DNA from: Nitrospirota bacterium
GTDB lineage: Bacteria; UBA2233
DNA: 39,530 bases
Direction: 5' to 3'
Assembly (NCBI GenBank): GCA_011620345.1
Contig: WOZJ01000011.1
Coordinates: 1 to 39,530, forward strand
Both the position numbers and the translations under genes were made by a program. The notes below the pieces were generated by a model that made no database searches, was not told where the DNA came from, and was given only the letters and a program-made list of their open reading frames with translations. Shown one piece after another: positions 37,235 to 39,530 of this stretch (its first letter is position 1; every line of letters starts with the position of its first letter).

Positions 37235-39462
37235 GGCCGAGCTTCTTTTTGATCGGTTTAGCGCTTCTTTGTTGCTTTGCTCTCCCCGCGAAAGGGGCGG
37301 AGACCCAAGGCGTCCTCGGCCTCGATCAAGAGCTTTCCCGGCTTCCTTTGAGCATACAAGCCGACAGGACGGATTATGTTCATACAACCCGAACGCTCGT
37401 ACTTACGGGCCACGTGCTCGTCCGCTATGGGGATTTCCTTATAAGGGCGGACGAATTGACGCTCCATATCGCGACGCTAAGGCTCGAGGCATCGGGCGGC
37501 GTGGCCCTCAGGGCGCCTTACGGATTGATCCTCGGCCGAGCGCTCTCGATGGACCTCCCACGCGACACGTTCGAGCTTAAGGAAGGCTCGATCGAGCTCA
37601 AAAACGAGGGGTACTTTATCCAAGGAAAAAGGCTTATCAAGAAGCCGGGCATGCGTTTTCTGATCGAAGACGGCGAAATGACGAGCTGTTTGTGTGCCCA
37701 GCCAAGGCCCTGGGTGCTCAAAGTCAAGGAGATGGAGGTCAACTTTCACGGGATGAGCAAGGGCAAAGGGGCGAAGGTTGCACTCTTTGAGCACACGGCC
37801 GCCTACCTGCCTAGGTTCATCGCCCCGATAAAGAAAGATCGGCAGACGGGGTTCTTGATGCCGAGAATGGCCTATTCGGACAGGGACGGGTTTAAGTTTA
37901 ACCTTCCGTTCTACCTTGAGATTGCCAGGAACATGGACGCCACGTTCGCGATCGACTACAGAGGGAGGCGAGGCGTTGGCGGGGATGTCGAGTACCGGTA
38001 TATCTTTTCGGACAGGAACTACGGCTGGATCAACGCCACAGGGTTCAGCGACACGTCCTACGACCAGGAGCGCAGGGAGCGGCTCGATTCCAAAAAGGGG
38101 CGGTTCCGTGTTGACATGCTCCACCACCAGGACTTCTCGGACGACGCCTACATGCGGGCCGACATCCACTATACCAACGACCGCACGATGGTAAGGGACT
38201 TGTCCGGCGATTCCGATATCCGTACGCTGCCATACTTTAAAACAAAGGTAGGGGCGGCCTACAATACAGAAGATTCGCTCCTTATGGGCGAATTTCGGTA
38301 CTTTCAGGACCTTCGGTACGAAGACCCATACACGCTCAAACAGCTCCCACATTTGGCGCTTGCAAGCTACAAGCCGGGCGTCCTTGGGACTCCCTTCACG
38401 CTCGATTTCGACACGAGCCTGGATTATTTCTTCAGCCAGCAAGGGCAACGGGGCGCGCGCTACGACCTTTTGCCGACCCTTCGATACCCCACGCTTCCTT
38501 TTTCGTTGTTTGCGTTCGAACCTTACGTGGGCTTAAGGGAAACCCTATACGACACAACGGGCGATGTCGAATCGAGAGAGCTATACTCTCTAGGGTTTCG
38601 GTCCTCGAGTGAGTTTCTCAAGGATTACGGCGTGTCGTTCTTCAACGTAAGTAAGCTGCGCCATATCCTAGAGCCAGGGCTTGATTTTAAGCATACGCCG
38701 AACGCCGACCAGGCACGGTTGCCATACTACACGGCCGAAGACGATATCCTTCGCCAAGACGCGTTCACTTACAGCCTGAACAACCGCTTTTACGCCAAGA
38801 CCGTGGACGGGTCGGCAAGGGAGTATTTTAGGTATCGTATCGACCAAACGTACGACCTTCAGGGCAACTTTCGCGAGCCCTATTACGTGTCCAACCGAAC
38901 GCGGCACTTCTCGAACATCAAGAACACGTTTGAAATTTTGCCGAAAGAAAGGCTGTTCTTCGATACGAGCTTCGAGGTCAACCCAGAGGAAGGAAAGGCG
39001 AACGTGTTCGGGGCCTTTCTTCGGTACGACTCTCCAAGGGGGGACTCCTTCGAGCTCGCCTACAGGTACAACACCGAAGACATCTACAACATCAACGGCA
39101 TTCAGACGCTTATGGAGTTCCGGCTTTCCAGGATGTTTGCCGCCTACATCGGTAACCGCTATTTGATCGGAGAATCGAAGAACTTGGAATCCGTCTACGG
39201 GATCGAGTACAACTCTCCTTGTGACTGTTTCGACATCTTGTTTACCTACGAGCAGCGCGTCAACCCCGATGAGCAGGAGTTCGCGGTCTTGTTCAACTTG
39301 AAAGGCTTGGGCTTTTTTGGGTCTCGTCCCTACCTTACAAGGCTGATGGACAGGGAGGTCGATTATTGGAACCGCTACTGGGGGCGGGAGCGTTACCAAA
39401 CGCTTTCTCAAGACGACTCGGCATCGCCGAGGCATCCCATTCCTCCTAGGTTGAGACGATAG
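37231..39462 (+). CDS. lptD: LPS-assembly outer-membrane protein LptD
   Basis: Signal peptide; N-terminal beta-jellyroll (IQAD..Y...L.G.V.V); T.C motif; RQTGFLMP; long barrel region with RHILEP, C-terminal C.C.., LKGLG; ATGA overlap with folC. Confidence 0.88.
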   Translation: MRPSFFLIGLALLCCFALPAKGAETQGVLGLDQELSRLPLSIQADRTDYVHTTRTLVLTGHVLVRYGDFLIRADELTLHIATLRLEASGGVALRAPYGLILGRALSMDLPRDTFELKEGSIELKNEGYFIQGKRLIKKPGMRFLIEDGEMTSCLCAQPRPWVLKVKEMEVNFHGMSKGKGAKVALFEHTAAYLPRFIAPIKKDRQTGFLMPRMAYSDRDGFKFNLPFYLEIARNMDATFAIDYRGRRGVGGDVEYRYIFSDRNYGWINATGFSDTSYDQERRERLDSKKGRFRVDMLHHQDFSDDAYMRADIHYTNDRTMVRDLSGDSDIRTLPYFKTKVGAAYNTEDSLLMGEFRYFQDLRYEDPYTLKQLPHLALASYKPGVLGTPFTLDFDTSLDYFFSQQGQRGARYDLLPTLRYPTLPFSLFAFEPYVGLRETLYDTTGDVESRELYSLGFRSSSEFLKDYGVSFFNVSKLRHILEPGLDFKHTPNADQARLPYYTAEDDILRQDAFTYSLNNRFYAKTVDGSAREYFRYRIDQTYDLQGNFREPYYVSNRTRHFSNIKNTFEILPKERLFFDTSFEVNPEEGKANVFGAFLRYDSPRGDSFELAYRYNTEDIYNINGIQTLMEFRLSRMFAAYIGNRYLIGESKNLESVYGIEYNSPCDCFDILFTYEQRVNPDEQEFAVLFNLKGLGFFGSRPYLTRLMDREVDYWNRYWGRERYQTLSQDDSASPRHPIPPRLRR

Positions 39463-39530
39463 GGGCGGGAATTCTTCAGGCCCATTAGCCGAAAAGAAGA
39501 GGAAAGGTATAATAGGGCCATGGGGTTCCA

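Overview
A 39.5-kb bacterial chromosomal window (standard code, moderately GC-rich). It is Gram-negative (lptD, outer-membrane barrel), with gene content reminiscent of deltaproteobacteria-like lineages; the taxonomy is inference only. It has two parts. (1) An accessory block at 1-6.8 kb: a partial DUF1329/LolA-like lipoprotein-sorting gene and a DUF1302-like outer-membrane beta-barrel (+ strand) converge on a minus-strand four-gene operon. The operon encodes a Tat-exported DmsA-like molybdopterin oxidoreductase, a DmsB-like 4x[4Fe-4S] protein, and two ~80-aa hydrophobic microproteins where DmsC/DmsD would normally be; it ends in a clear intrinsic terminator. The catalytic subunit is atypical: Asp replaces the first FS0 Cys, there is an extra Cys, two Met/Gly-rich hydrophobic segments, and an 83-aa C-terminal tail. 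This operon is the best candidate for an undescribed system. (2) After an AT-rich divergent promoter region comes a long + strand housekeeping run: rpsB-tsf-pyrH-frr, DUF151 nuclease, GldA/F/G-like ABC system + DUF4340, hrcA-grpE-dnaJ (no dnaK), LpoA/LppC-like lipoprotein, lon, thiL, larB-larC, a minus-strand CDP-alcohol phosphatidyltransferase, a probable LOG-family gene remnant, gloA, adenosine-specific kinase, a 4-Cys microprotein, argS, SPOR protein, trpE-G-D-C-B-A (no trpF), accD, folC and lptD. No rRNA, tRNA, CRISPR array or mobile element was recognised. All family calls are by motif recognition, without database searches.
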